DNA of 64,000 nucleotides from Lobosporangium transversale (lineage: Eukaryota). The position numbers and the translations under genes were made by a program. Each line of letters opens with the position of its first letter. The first letter of the stretch is position 1. The stretch lies in the NCBI RefSeq assembly GCF_002105155.1, contig NW_019028980.1:806001-870000 (forward strand), written 5' to 3'. This document shows positions 24,962 through 38,695 of this stretch, piece after piece. Below the pieces are notes generated by a model. It made no database searches and was not told the DNA's origin. It was given only the letters and a program-made list of their open reading frames with translations.

Positions 24962-25559
24962 ATGTTTCTGAAATCCATCGCGCCTATTACAGTTCGCAGT
25001 TTACAATCTGCTCGAGCAGGTTGTCGTGCCTTCTCTTCCGGTACTCTCATTTTTAAGCACACAGGCGTTGTATAGCTATATAACTCATACACACATAAAT
25101 ATATATTGTATTTATTTTTTTCCTTTCCTCTCTCCTCTCTTTAATGGCTTTCCATCTAACATTGGTCTGGACTTATTTATAAAAAAAAAAATAGCTGTCA
25201 TTCTCAATAACAAGAAACAATTTTTTGTAATTGCTCGTGACTATCAGGACCCTGAAGCTTTTAATCGCCGCCTTTCCGTCCGTCCAACACATCTAGTAGG
25301 TGCCACTTCACTCAAGAAGACTGGTGCTCTTCAACTGGGCGGTGCACTCTTATCAGATCATTCGGAATCTGCAAAGATGATTGGATCCATCATGGTCTTT
25401 AATGCTGACTCTGAGAAGGAGGTGGAAGAAATCCTTAAAAAGTATTTAAAAACAGGGAAAAAAAAGAAACTAAATTTGACTTAATGAAAACGCACCAGGG
25501 ATGATTTTTTTTTTTTTTTTTTGCATCCCATATCGGAGGGTCAGTCTCTAACTTTAGTT

Positions 25560-25591
<32 letters not shown>

Positions 25592-25667
25592 CATTAGGGA
25601 TCCCTATGTTACGGAAAAGGTTTGGGAACACTACCAGATCATTCCCTTCCGCCAAGCTTCTTTTTAA
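24962..25667 (+). CDS. YCII-related domain protein with a probable mitochondrial presequence
   Basis: Exons 24962-25040, 25195-25441, 25598-25667 splice in frame; RRLSVRPTHL, GGALL, IGSIMV and DPYV..KVW are YCII motifs; Arg/Ser-rich N-terminus. Confidence 0.88.
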
Positions 25668-26009
25668 TAAACTGGCTATGTGTTTACAAATGTTATCAAA
25701 TAAATATTGACAATCGCGTACGATTTCTTATTTATTTTATTTTATCTTATTTTTTAAGTTGGTAACTGCTATCATATATATGCTAATAAAAGTGTGTCTT
25801 TTTGCTTGAGACTGTAGTCCGTTTCATTTGGTCGCGATCCCCTATATTTTTTGAATATTCTTGAGTGTATTAGCAGCCAATTGGCTCACTCGCCACCGCA
25901 AGTCGTCACGTTGGCGAAACGCCACCAAACCAATTCAACCATAGTTTTTAGATTAAAAATATATTTCCATTAAATACGCCATCTAGACCAAGGATAAATA
26001 GAGACTTAC

Positions 26010-26369
26010 TTGCAGCTCCCAATTGACCAAGTCAGAGCTGCAGTCCCAAATTTCTCTATGTTGCCAAGGGTCACCCCTCTTTTCCCACTCTGGGATGAAT
26101 GGTTTACGGCGCAGGGGGCAAAGCCATCGATCTGGAGTTTGAACAGGTTCCAAAAGGACTGGCGCAAAGGGCGGAATCCTAATCTTAGGAACCAATATAT
26201 GCTCAAGCGAGGAATTATCTTTACTACTCTGGCTGAGATCCTAAAGGCTGAAGGATCAATACTGAGCGACAGAGTTATAAAGGCAAAAACGACAATGGAT
26301 ACTGCAATCAGGCAAGCTGGGACCTCAAACGCGTACTTTAAGTCTATCCAAAAGAAGAAGGGCAAATAA
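26010..26369 (+). pseudogene. Isolated GCR1_C domain, likely a Crypton (tyrosine-recombinase transposon) remnant
   Basis: FSMLPRV..LFPLWDEWF...PSIWSLN....WRK...YMLKRGII fits the GCR1_C pattern; no ATG-initiated upstream region. Confidence 0.6.
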
Positions 26370-26500
26370 AGCTAGGTCTTTCAACATTTGATATTAAAAG
26401 GTTGTAAACAACTCACTAATCTTCGGCTTTATTTTTCCCTATAATATCTTTACTTTTACTACGGATATAATAACCAGACCTTGCATACTGATGCATGTTA

Positions 26501-26896
26501 CAGCGTTTTTAATTGTTTTATCCATTTTAAAAAAACATTTATCCATTTTCAATTTGCATTGCTCCGATGGGAAATAAGCTTTATCCATTTAAGCTAATAA
26601 AATTATCCTATAAGTTATCCGAATGTGTCTGAAATATTATCCATTTTTTCAAACATAATAACCGAACCGACTGTAACAAATATCCAAACACCATGTCCTT
26701 TTCCATGTCCCACAAAAGTCATGGTTAATTCCGCATGACCACTTGGACAAAATTTGCAAACACTTGGATAAATTTCTCAGCCCTTTTCGGCCAACTTTTT
26801 AACTAACCTTTGGATAAATTTTTTTATTCATTGGAACAATTTTAAAAAAAACCGATAAAGTTTATTTTAAAATGGATAAAACAATTAAAAACGCTG
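26501..26896. mobile_element. Tc1/mariner-pogo-type MITE
   Basis: ~31-bp TIR CAGCGTTTTTAATTGTTTTATCCATTTTAAAA at both ends, TA on both sides, internal TTATCC/GGATAA repeats. Confidence 0.88.
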
Positions 26897-26929
26897 TATT
26901 AATGGTTTTGGTGTGCTCTTCCATAGTAC

Positions 26930-27720
26930 GACGCCGCCGTACGAATTTTTTATACTCATGATTCGTCTACATCAATTGTATATATGAAATAGCTGCAATA
27001 AATAAATAAGTAATAGTAGTACAAACGAACGAATCTTTATTATAGGATAAAGTACGATGGTTCACGCGCGAATTCCTGCAGAAGTTCGTAATCTTCTGCG
27101 TGCTTTCTGAAGAACGCTTTACCGTTGAAAAATATTCTGCAGATAGATAGTAGCAGTAGGAAAAGTAAGTGAGAATAGGATGAAATTGTGATATGATAGG
27201 GTACAATGACCGGCGTAGATTCTAATTCAACGGTGATACATTGATCATGCATGTTCAACTCTGTTCTTTGAAAAAAGAACAATGTCATCAATAATTTTAG
27301 ACAGACAAGTAGTGATTAGGAACAGAAGTAAGTGAGAATAAGATGAATTTGTAGACAAAAGGAAGGTCGCCGAGTATGCGGGACATTCCTCGTTGGAATA
27401 GGCTAGACAATGGTTTCAAGCCAAAAGGTGCCTTCTTAAACCTTATAAAAGTCTCGGCGTTCTTGGCTGCAGCTTCTGCTTGCAGCTTAGCTATGTCAAG
27501 CAGCTTATCCACGTTCTTTTCACGTATCCTCCTGAGGGTTTACTTGATGACCCGACCTTAGGTACTTTGGCCGGCAAAACTCCAGGTGAAAGAGTATGTG
27601 AAGATCCTGATACCGGGATCCTCACGAGCGCGTTTCTTGCCGGTACCGGTTGAGGAAGAGGAAGAAACAGTATTATTAGTGGAAGACACTATTGGAAGTA
27701 ATGTGAAAAGCGAGTAGATC
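26930..27720 (-). mobile_element. Internally deleted LTR-class retroelement remnant with a short reverse transcriptase fragment
   Basis: RFKKAPFGLKPLSSLFQRGMSRILGDLPFV (Ty3/Gypsy-like RT motif B) fused to an unrelated N-terminal fragment; 27120-27205 is homologous to 17045-17130. Confidence 0.55.
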
Positions 27721-27937
27721 TAAGAACGTGGTTTTGTGATAAAGACAAGTTGAATAGGAATGAAGGAATGAAAGAATGAGAAGCAAAATGAACTTCAATT
27801 AATTGTTCTCATTGCTTTTCCTATTGCCAACATTACAAATCAATTTTTTCTTGCGTGATCTTCATTTGCACCTGTCTAATATTATGACCTACAACAGATG
27901 CCAAGTGTAATTCGCCTCCATGAATTTACCATGTGGC

Positions 27938-28378
27938 CATGTGACATGGACCTTATTTCTAATTTGCCAAAAAAAATAAAAATAAAAATGTCGCGTCTAC
28001 GATAGCACTTAGATTTAAATTGTGAACCTGATCTCTTCGCAGCACACCCTAAATCCCCGATCTCGCTTCCATTTTCTTTAGGACCTTTGCTTTCGTTGCT
28101 TTTATTTATTATATCTATATATATGTTTTTTATATTGTCATCGTCGCTACACGTTCCACACGTTCGTCGTCATTATTGCCATTATTAATATTAATATTAT
28201 TGTTATTGTATTTTCTTACATAGTTGCCTAAAGGGTGGCTTCGCCCAAGGTCGTAAGTGAGTAACAAGGATCGAGTGCCTTCAAGCGTTAGTACTCAATT
28301 AGGTTCACATTTTAAATCTGTAGTGCATCGTAGACGCAACTTTTTTTAAAGTTTCAAAATAAGGGCCGCGTCACATCG
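27938..28378. repeat. Imperfect inverted repeat (~80-95 bp arms, ~265 bp spacer)
   Basis: GTCGCGTCTACGATAGCACTTAGATTTAAATTGTGAACCTGAT (27990-28032) pairs with 28298-28340; pairing extends outward to ATGTGAC...CCTTATTT. Confidence 0.75.
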
Positions 28379-29622
28379 TCAAAATAAACGAGCCGGCGGC
28401 TTCGCCACGGCCGACTCTTGCCTCGTCAGCATTAAAGGTAAAAAAAGGTGCCCGAGTGAGTGCCTTGAACATTAAATAAAAATATCCTTTGGTATTTACC
28501 GCGTTTTTGGGTGTTGACCGCATGATACGGTAAGTATTAGTGCAATATATTAGGGATTAGTGAACGTAATATTAAATTTAATTACTGGTAATTTCTGTAA
28601 TACCCCGTGCATTACACTGACGTATATAAATATATTTTTTCTTTTGCCGTGACGCCGATACGCTTGGCTCAAAGGGAACATGTTTGGAGTATTTCAGCCT
28701 CGCTGTGTTGATTCCAACCTTCTATAGAAAGCCGCTGGCACCAAGTTTGTTTAAAATGAAGGCAAAAGAAAATACGACTCCAGCAGCACTTGCGATAGGG
28801 TTCCATTTTTATTCGAAACAAAGTGCAGGTCTATCCACCAGAGAATTTTTTTGGCGGAGCCAGCCAGTGCCTCTACAGCTTTTTAAAGCCTTCAAATGTA
28901 GGTATCAAAGGACATATCTCCAAGTAAAGCCACTTTAGAGTAGTGTCTCAGTTCATTTTTCGCACTATGGTGATTGACTCTCACAATCTTCACATCAAGC
29001 ATATCGAACAGGACTCACCCCCATTTTTATTCATAAGATCAGAACGTTGTGTGGTGATCATGGCGGGGTCTTAATAAAGTCTTCCGCCTGGCAACAATGT
29101 TAAAAGACAACTTTTGTTCTCCTTGGTCTCAAGTCTGAAAAACACCTCAGTATGGATAGATTCTAATCATTCTTTCATTCCTCACAGCTCGCCGCGGACG
29201 TATAGCGAGGCCTTCTTCAGTGATGTCCATGCCCGGCTATGTCCAGGGGAGAATCTCTTGCAAGCATATATATTTGGTTTCAAGGGTGTACGACGACTTT
29301 GATGTTCAATATGCGGAAAAAAAGAAGTGAGAGAGGGAAAAAGCCACTGCCCAAGCGTTTGAAGAGTGTGACGAAGAGCTTATGGCCCTGTGGAAGGAGC
29401 TGGGCCGTATGACATATAGCAGACAAAAAAGAAAGTGTGCATTGGAGGATATGCAAAACTTAGTAGCAGATCCAAGGAGTGCAATCCATACAATGACAGC
29501 GAGAGGTGTACAAGCGCCTGAACAAAATGAATGTAAAAAGTAATTATTCAGCTGACCTCTTTGTCTTTGGGCCAAGATTGTACTACTTTGAATAGCTTTT
29601 TGAAGACTATCTAAACTATCTT

Positions 29623-32324
29623 TTAATGACGGTTTCCATTTGCCCTTCTTGTACTTCGGTTCCGATTCTTGCCAGTGCCACTCGTTCGTTGACGGATATG
29701 ATACTCTACTTCCTCATCAGTTTCTTGGTCTCCTCTTCTGTCGCGGCAGCGCTGCTTGTTATTTCGGGGCCAAGTCTCCTCTTCAATTTCATCTGATGCA
29801 TTCGGAAACATTGAAGCCTTGTGATCGTAATCTGTTATGCTATGTGGCCCTGGCTTGCCTCGTAGCTCCAATATTGCAGACCAAATCGTGGGAATGGCTG
29901 CAAAGAATACAGGCCCAAGCAATAGGCCTTTTGGACCCCATTTCATACCTCCCAAAAACGTCCATAACCCAAGCCAGAACGCCGTTGATACACTTGGACG
30001 AGCAGTTCGGACAACATGAGAGTCCCAAACGGCGCCATCCACCAAAGAAGACATGACTACATGACCCAGTACCATAGCGATCGCTTCTATAGGTCTTTGA
30101 CCATAGATATAAAAGTGAACGATACCACCAGGCAATGCAACCAGCCAATTAGGTGCGATCGGGAACAGGACTAAAATGATACCGAAGAGAGATGTCAACC
30201 AAGCATATTTTACAGCAACAAAGTCTGACGATGCAGCGCCCACCGCGATAAGAGGAAAGACCTGGTTGGCCAAAGAACGGGTCCATATGAGCGTGAATAA
30301 AGTATGATAAATCGAGAGCTTGAGCATTGCAACAAATGTTCCAGAAATGGCAAACTCCAAGCTCTTAGCAATCGCACGTCCGGGCGAAGCAGAGGAGGGG
30401 AGTCGTGTTGAATCAAAATTCGGTACTTGAGAGACGAAAGCTTGATCAATCATCCATCCAATTCTCTGTAAAGGCGAGACTTTGAGGCCAGTGAGCGTTA
30501 ACAAGCCCAGTAAAAACAGAATGCAACGGAAAAGAAGATCATTAAATGCATTGAATCCCCAGAGCATATTTTCAGTATCGAATCCTCTGAATCCAGATAC
30601 AATAGTCAGCAAAGACTTGACTTGCGAAATATTGATTGCCTTCTTTCTTTGATTCGAATGTAGAAGTCCTGTTATGGAAACGTCGGCATCGCTTCCTGAA
30701 AAACCAAGAGAATCCAATGAGGGGATGATCCACAACTCTGGGGTTTCCCGGACTACCTCAGCTTCATCTTCTTTTCCTTCCTTTGTTTCTTCTGAGTTGG
30801 TCTGAAATCCTTCATCCGCTTTCTTTTTGTCCTCCTTTTCGACATTGCTATCTTTGGCAGCGCTTAACGATGTAGATACAACGTTGTCGTTAAGCGGTGA
30901 TTGATTAGTGTCTCGTATTAACCCATTCAAATTGATTTCTTGCTTGGCCTCAGCGTTGCATGAGTCTACAGGAGCAGACTGATGCTGTTCCTGCTGATGC
31001 TGTTGCTCCTCCTGCTGTGTCTCCATTTGGTGCTGTTTTTGCTTGTGACGAGGAATGTAATAGTAATGATAATCCTGGTCCGGATTTACCACGACATTTG
31101 CCACGTTATAGGCCCAGTCATTAGCACCCCAAGCGAGATCAGGGAATGCTTCTTTCAAGATCGGATCAAACCGGTTAATAGCAGCTTCATATGCCTGTTC
31201 TAAGGCTCCATCCAGTTGTTTCGTGAGAGAATTCTTCGCGACTGACTCATATCCCATGTCGTGGAATCCATGTCGTAGCTGGCCTTCTTTAATAATTGCA
31301 ACTCTTTGATGTGTCTGCACCAACAGCCCTTGGACATCATGTACGACGCCAATGGACAGGATGGTACTTAGGATCCCCAATATTGATAACGTTGATAGAA
31401 CGATAATGGTTGCAAGCACGGAGTTAAGACTCTCCTGCAATGTCTTCCTGACCATCTTAGGAATAGTATTAAGGAGAGAGCGTTCCTGCCGTTCTTCGAG
31501 CGATAAATTTGGGTAGAAAACGCGCTCAATTATGGGTACTAACTGCTTCATGCAGACAAACTGCATATGCACAATGACCGTCATGATCAGGCACGTCAAT
31601 TGTGTTGTCGTACCGAACTGTATCTCGCTCCATTTTAGTTTTATAAGCTCCCATAGCTCCATGGGCGTTGTGAATTGCAGAACCGTATAAATAAGTGCAG
31701 CCCTGAGAAGGTTGGTATAAGATGGTCCATTGACAGGACGCATATATCTATCGGGCTCCTGATCTACAAGAATTTGATAGGAAGGGCGAAGTTCATAATC
31801 ATCTGGATCTACTCTGTCTAATCGCGATTCCTCGATATCGTTTGCAGGCGTACGTTTATAGTATACATTGGGAATGCCTTCTTGCTCCCAAGTATTCCCT
31901 TTTTCCTTGACTGAGTTGTTTTCTCCAGATGATCTTTTAACTTGCTCCTTGTTCAAGCCACGTGGCCGCCCATCACAAATCATATAAACGATGTAGCAGT
32001 AACTATGGAAAACAGTTTGGATGGCACTAGCGATATAGCTCCCTAAGAAAAACTAATAGGTATTATTTTTTTTAATGTTAGTTGGGGTAAACAGAACAAC
32101 AAAAAACAAAACAAAACAAAAATGCCCAAGAAAATCTACCTGGATGATGGATATAGTAACAGTGCCAATTGCGGATGCAACGATGTCCATAATATCATTT
32201 TCGAGCACGTTGTAGAGCGTTGGAAGTAAGCGCGTTTTGAGTCCATGCTAACCACCAATAATGGAAAGGAATGTCAGAAAAAAAGGAGAAATAATTGTCG
32301 ACCGACCATAAAAAAAGTTCCTGG

Positions 32325-32359
<35 letters not shown>

Positions 32360-32616
32360 TACCAGAGGGACTGAAAGTGCGGCTGCCCAGAAGAGTGGTG
32401 TCCAGTAAGGAATGATTCTAGTAACATGAAATTACGAGAAAGGATTTCAGAATTGTTAATTGTTTTACAGTTTCTCTTCAGCATCTGTTCATAAAATGTT
32501 GTTTGACTTGCATACATTGCATAGTTTGTCCACAACACAACACCAAAATAGATAAACAAGAGAGTAACAGTGCTTAGCACTAGCGCATCCTTTGGTTGTA
32601 GATATGCGCGAGTCAT
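29623..32616 (-). CDS. TMEM245-like multi-pass membrane protein (AI-2E-type C-terminus)
   Basis: Spliced N-terminal exons give YWTPLFWAAALSVPL|HGLK (TMEM245-like motif); long last exon ends with GGMKWGPKGLLLGPVF. Confidence 0.75.
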
Positions 32617-32813
32617 TAAGAAAGGCGAAAAGTTGTGTCAAGGTGAGATGGAGTGCTTTGTGAAAAAGAGAACGCGAGTGTTGTTTTTGTTAAATGAAGT
32701 TCATGTAAACAGTCCTAAAATAACCCCTGTTTAAGTTTTTTGCTCTATTAACATATTGCTCATTTATTGACATGGCGGGACGCATTCACCCCCATTCTTT
32801 TAGTTTCCAACTG

Positions 32814-34063
32814 TCACCGGCCCAATTGGCTGATCCCATTCACACCTTGCATTGAGTTTGTGTTTGGTGATGAAGATGGGCAGACTGGACTTGCTTGCTG
32901 CGACGAAACTGTTGCTGTGGAGGAAATTGACGCAGCGGAAGGCTGCGAACGCTCTACTGTCGGCCTTAAATGATCAGATAATGGTTCGTGTATCTGCTGT
33001 TGCTGCTGATGCTGCGAATGATGCGGTTGAAGTTGTGCTGGCTGCTGCTGTTCCTGTTGATGCTGATATTGACGTGGATGATCGGTTCGTTGCTCCTGTG
33101 GCAAAATAGACTGCTGACCTAGGTTATTCATGAGGACCGCCTCCTTTCTTGCTTGGGCCATGTTGGGTTCACTCCAATCTATCCGCCTCTTGATCTGAGT
33201 CTCATATATCTGGCTTGACGCACGATTTTCGCCTCCTAAAGTCCAAAGATGGTAACCAGCTACAAATTGGGCTTGCTCCTTGGTTTCGATGGCTTTTGGT
33301 GATCGTTGAGCTCTCACCCACTCAATGACTTCACGATGGTCCCTAAAGTACCGTAGCCTCAGTAACCAGCAGCAGGCAACTACAGCAGCTCGGCCAACAC
33401 CTGTCCATACCACCATAGAGTATAATAGACATGAAGTTGAAAGTGATTAATTAAAACCGCTATTCCATACGGGAACATTCAAGATTCAAACTTTAAAAAT
33501 TACAGTCTAGTGAGGTAGGTCATTTCCGTCATCGCTTTTATATTGAGACAGCAACTTACCACCTCGACAATGGGCAAGGACATTTTGGCCATTTCGTGTG
33601 GTTTCATCCATCTTGTCAAGAACGCGGTCTATCTCTTCAAATGAGTAAGGTGTACTTCCTTCTACCATCGGAATTCTACTCGTACAATACAACAGAATAA
33701 GTTAAATGCTCATAGTCGCACGCTAACAAGTCAATCAAAGTCTTTAGAAGTAGCGCATATGTTTTTGAAGCTATGAATAACTAGGCTAGTTTAAATAATG
33801 AATTACTTACCTAATGACATCGATACCATGACTATTCGCTGCTTCCACATACTTTGGAAAGGGCGAACCAAGAAGTTCAAGCTCTTCATCAAATAAGCAA
33901 CTAACCAGTTGCCCAGACAAAAAAGGGTTAAGAAAGAAAGCATGGTATTGGTCTTAAAATAAGGGAGAGAAATAAGGAAGAACGGGAAACAATGCAGCCC
34001 ATATCAACTCTGATCATGGCCTTCCAACACTCCTCATTCTCGCTTAATCTCCTGTGCAAAGAG

Positions 34064-34094
<31 letters not shown>

Positions 34095-34748
34095 GGATAG
34101 TTGACGTGTGCTCATTAATAGTAACCTCCTTCCCCTATCCCACACGAGCAGTGCATCTACGCTTCTTTGATTGGCATCATACATTGCTCAACTATCTACA
34201 GACGATCAGGCCCAACAAATTGAATAGAAATAGTCTTCACTGTCTATATTTTATCTCTATCATTCCTTCGGATCTCTTGTTACACTCCTAGCTTACCAGA
34301 TAACGCGCGTGAAGCCCAGAGACTGTAGACGATCAAAATCCAAGTCTAAATCACGTACAATCTTGGCTCGCCCATTAACAGGGCCATCAAGTCGGACTTT
34401 CTTTCCAGGACAGGAGGAAAGCCCCAAGTTTCCTCTAGGCCGCCAATGTGGGTATATTTTCTTGGCTCGTACAACGGCATCTTCTGAAGCCCCCATTTTG
34501 TGTATCGCTTCTGCTTCGCGCTGAGCAAATGGAATCATAAACAGGTTATCGGGAACGGACATATCCTGTTGTAGAAGAGCACTAATCCAGGGTGGGATGA
34601 TCCAGCTAACATTGATCGGGTGTGAGATCGAGTCTTTGTAGGCAACAGGTTTGGGTTTATAGTGATCAGTAGGTGCTGTGTTATTCTGGACGGGGTCGCT
34701 CATTGTGGTGGCCTGAGTCTGGGGGATGGTATTCAGTGGGCTGGACAT
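32814..34748 (-). CDS. Dual-specificity / tyrosine protein phosphatase (CDKN3-like)
   Basis: Four exons (34297-34748, ~33811-33900, ~33560-33676, 32814-33401); GLSSCPGKK, HCRGG|VGRA (CX5R) and AIETKEQ motifs; Q-rich tail. Confidence 0.88.
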
Positions 34749-34803
34749 AAGGAAAAATATTGATGGTAGCTGTGCATTACAAAATGGTGATGAAGTCAAT
34801 GTA

Positions 34804-34891
34804 AAGATGAAGAGTGAGAAGGAAATGAAGTCTATGGAGATGAAGAATGAGAAGGAAATGAAGTCTGTGGAGATGAAGAATGAGAAGGAAA
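34804..34891. repeat. ~30-bp tandem repeat upstream of the phosphatase start codon
   Basis: About three copies of AGATGAAGARTGAGAAGGAAATGAAGTCTRTGG. Confidence 0.75.
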
Positions 34892-35475
34892 TAAAAAGAA
34901 ATAGATGATATTAATTCAGTCAGTTCATTCTTATTAGCTGAGCTAATAAGCTTAAAAGGTTAAGGTCGGACGTGGCTTGATGACAGACATTGAATCAGCA
35001 TGAATGATGCCATGTCTACAATTCATGTTAACGCATCTGACATGCTCATCTCTGTGTGTGCTCTACTGCATGGCGACATGCAATTGAAACAAATGGTTTG
35101 CTGACTCTTCCTTATATCTAGTGTTATTATTCCTGCCCCACGTGTGTGTGACTAGAAAGGGGTCCGGCATTCGCTGCTCCACACAAACACACAACTGAGA
35201 TATTACAGCATTGTAAAGGCTCGTCCTAGTGTTTGCTATGGGCCTTTGCCTCGATTGGCAATATCCCTTCAGGTCTACAGGGCAATCCTTCTTGATTGGG
35301 TCTTTATTGCATTGCTTGTGTGCATGTTCACTCAACAGAAGGTTAAAGGATGTTTCAGACCCTGGAATATAGACAATGTCTATTGAAGCAGTCACTATTG
35401 TTTTTTTTGGAGTACATTGCCCATACTTCTACTTGTCAATCACTTTGCCTCATCGCCGCTTTCATTAACAGCAAA

Positions 35476-37101
35476 ATGGTAAAACATCCACAACCTCATT
35501 AAAGCAATGGAGAATAAAAATACTCTTGCTAATTACTTAACTTGAACAACTCAAAATTCAATGGTGTAACATTTAAATTTTATTTCCTGTAGCCCTCAAC
35601 ACTTCAGCCTGATACTCTCTCTTACAAAAGCACAGTTTTTGATTTTGCATTCCATCCCACAGAGAATATCATTGCCACTGCACTCATCACCGGGCACATC
35701 AACTGGTAAAGAATGACAGGATGATCAAGTTAAAAAGATATATGTATAGCCTTAAGAGTAGAGTAGAGGATTGATAGTCTATGTTTTACTATTCGTATAG
35801 TGTTAAATATATCCCTGGTGCTGGTAATAATGAGTCGCTCTGGAATGTTCGTCCCTCAAAAAAGTCTTGTCGAGGCCTTGCATTTAATCATGACGGCACA
35901 GGCATGTATCAAATTTTAACTCCCTTTCAAAGGCAAACAACAACAACAAAAAAAGCTCCAGCTCTCCACCAGCTAACACGGAAAAGACTATATTGATCTC
36001 TTTGATATAGGTCTTTTTACAGTTTCTAAGGATGGATCTATTGGTGCATTGGATGTCAATACTGGCAATGTATTAATCAAGAAGCCTGAAGCACACGAGT
36101 ATGTTTACTGAAGTTTTGTTTATTTGAAAGCATTTAATTGCAAATATAATAATTTTGGCTCACTTTTTTTTATCAATATAAAAAACTATAGTCACCCAAT
36201 CAATACGGTCAAGTTGTTGACAGAATATATCTTGGCAACAGGAGACGACTCCGGTACCATCAAGCTTTGGGACGTCAGGACAGGATCCGAAGCTATGCAA
36301 TATAGTGAACACGATGATTTTATTTCTGATTTTGATTTTGATTCAACTTCTAAGACTCTAGTTGCGTCTAGTGGACAAGGGACCATTTCAATTTACGATA
36401 TTCGCAAACCTAATATGTTGGACATGTCTGCAAATCAGGATGACGAATTACTCTCGATCTGCATCGTCAAGGATCGACGTAAAGTTGTAGTTGGATCGCA
36501 GGAAGGTGTCCTAAATATTTATTCATGGGGTGAATGGGGTGATTGTACCGATCGATTCCTTGGACACCCAAATTCGATTGATACAATTTGTAAGATTGAT
36601 GAAGACACAGTAGCAACAGGATCAAGTGATGGAATCATTAGGTATGTGAATTTTTCCTTTTTTTGTTTTTTATGCGAGTGACTCCGAAGCGAGACTAACA
36701 TTTTTTGACATTCTTTTACTATTATTAGAATTATTGATATTCTACCCAACAAGTTCCAAGGGATTGTTGGTGAACATGAGGACTTCCCAATTGAGTGCAT
36801 TCGTCTTTCAAGCGATAAGACTTATCTTGCAAGCAGTTCTCATGATGACACGGTCCGGTTCTGGGATGTGCGTTACCTGACAAGTGATATGGATGAGGAT
36901 GACGATGAGGAAGAGAATGAAAACGAAGAAAGTAAAAGTTCAGATAAGAGGGATGGTGATAACGATGATGAGGCTGGTCCTAATGGTGATATGGATGTTG
37001 ATTCTGATGATTCAGATGCGCCCAAGAAGAAGAGCAATAACAGGCGACCGAAGAGACAGCCGCCAGCCAAGAACAATCCTGGATTCTTTGACGATTTGTA
37101 G
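35476..37101 (+). CDS. JIP5: WD40 repeat protein JIP5/WDR55
   Basis: ATG-only first coding exon, then FDFAFHPTENIIAT, ATGDDSGTIKLWD, HDDFISDF, QDDELLS, WGEWGDCTDRFLGHPNSID; acidic tail ending FFDDL. Confidence 0.9.
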
Positions 37102-37359
37102 CTTTGATAGACAGAAATATAATTTTCCCATGTAAATCTGCCCTTTTCTTTTTTTGGAATTAATGACGATCAATTGAAACAACACTCCACATGATAATTG
37201 GGCTGTATAGGTTCGTTGATACCGCCTACTCTCCCCTTCTCTCTTCATTCATCTCTTTCATCCCCCATCATTTCCTCCACTCTTCATTTCTACTCGTCCA
37301 TTCATCCACACCCTATTCACCTCATTACTCCCACTCTTCTTTCCGAACCCTCTTTCGCC

Positions 37360-38660
37360 ATGCGAGTGGCTCACACGCGCACAGGGAAACCCCTTCCCTT
37401 TGTCGTGACCATTTTCCCCATTTTCTTTTATTTTCTACTTATTGGATTTGGCTACTATGTTTTTGTTATAATAACATGTGGTATGTACAGTCTACTTGTA
37501 TGGAGAAAATTCGGCCTAAACAGTTAGGGAGAAGCATTAATAAGTTTTATTTTTAATGTAAAAGTGAAGCTAATACGAATTGACAAGGCTGTCCTTGGAG
37601 GTATGAACAGAACTGCTTACTTGACTTTCAAACCTGCTAGTATCTTCAGATTATAATAGCAGTATGTACAAGGAACTAAGTATATCTATTCACCTTTTGC
37701 TGCTTAGCGGTTCTCCTCGTCATCTACCACATAACATTTATAATGATGCTTTGGGCCTATGCTATGGTCATTCTAACTGACCCTGGGCGAGTCACAGCAG
37801 AGGTATGTAAAAGTCGACAGCTGTGCTTTACTAAAATAAAATTACATGATATCATAATGTACGGACCGTGCCACCAAATTTATTTTAAACATGAGCTAAT
37901 GGCAGCATTTTCCAATGCAACACCAATAGCCAGGAACTCAACATCCACAAACGTTTATTCAAACAGAACCTCAGCAGTCTCAGCAACAAACACATACTGA
38001 ACAGGAAGAGACGCAAATACGTAGAGAGGTAGAACAGGGACCACAGCATCAAGGAGAGTCGCACATTCAACGAGTACAGGAAGCACATATGAAGGTTGGA
38101 GATGATCTCACATCGTCATCAACAGCAATGGCAACAGCATCATCATCCAAATCATTGAGGTCATCTGGAGCGCTAATTCCTGGAGCACAGAGTGCGAATA
38201 AGTCCGGATATATCCACATTTCGGAAGATCCTTCTGTACAAGGCCATCCTCTCTGGTGTAGCAAATGTCAGCATGGTAAGAGATAGACTCTATGTGAACA
38301 CGAGATTTCAACTCAAACTTCGTAACATGCTCAATTCTTTTTTATTGGAAATTAAATATTAAATAGTCAAGCCTGAACGAGCACACCATTGCCGAGTCTG
38401 CAAACGATGTGTGTTGAGAATGGATCAGTAAGTACGCTCTATTGGCTTTTTTGTTCTATTAATGAAGGTACCATCAAGCAAATGTCTGACCTAGATATAT
38501 ATTGTTTTTTTTTATCAGCCATTGTCCCTGGGTCCTGAATTGTGTTGGTCAAGATAACTATAAATTCTTTGTCTTATTCATTGCATATACAGCTATCCAT
38601 TGTATTTACATTTTGGTTGCTATAGCGTCACTCCATCAACAATACCCTACAGAGGTAGGC

Positions 38661-38695
<35 letters not shown>

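Noticed and set aside
28684..29575. Short ORFs downstream of the TMEM245-like gene
   Set aside because: Fragmentary, no recognisable domain or consistent splice structure.
29623..34748. Single phosphatase-TMEM245 fusion gene
   Set aside because: The phosphatase frame stops at 32814 and the membrane protein has its own ATG at 32616, so two genes is simpler.
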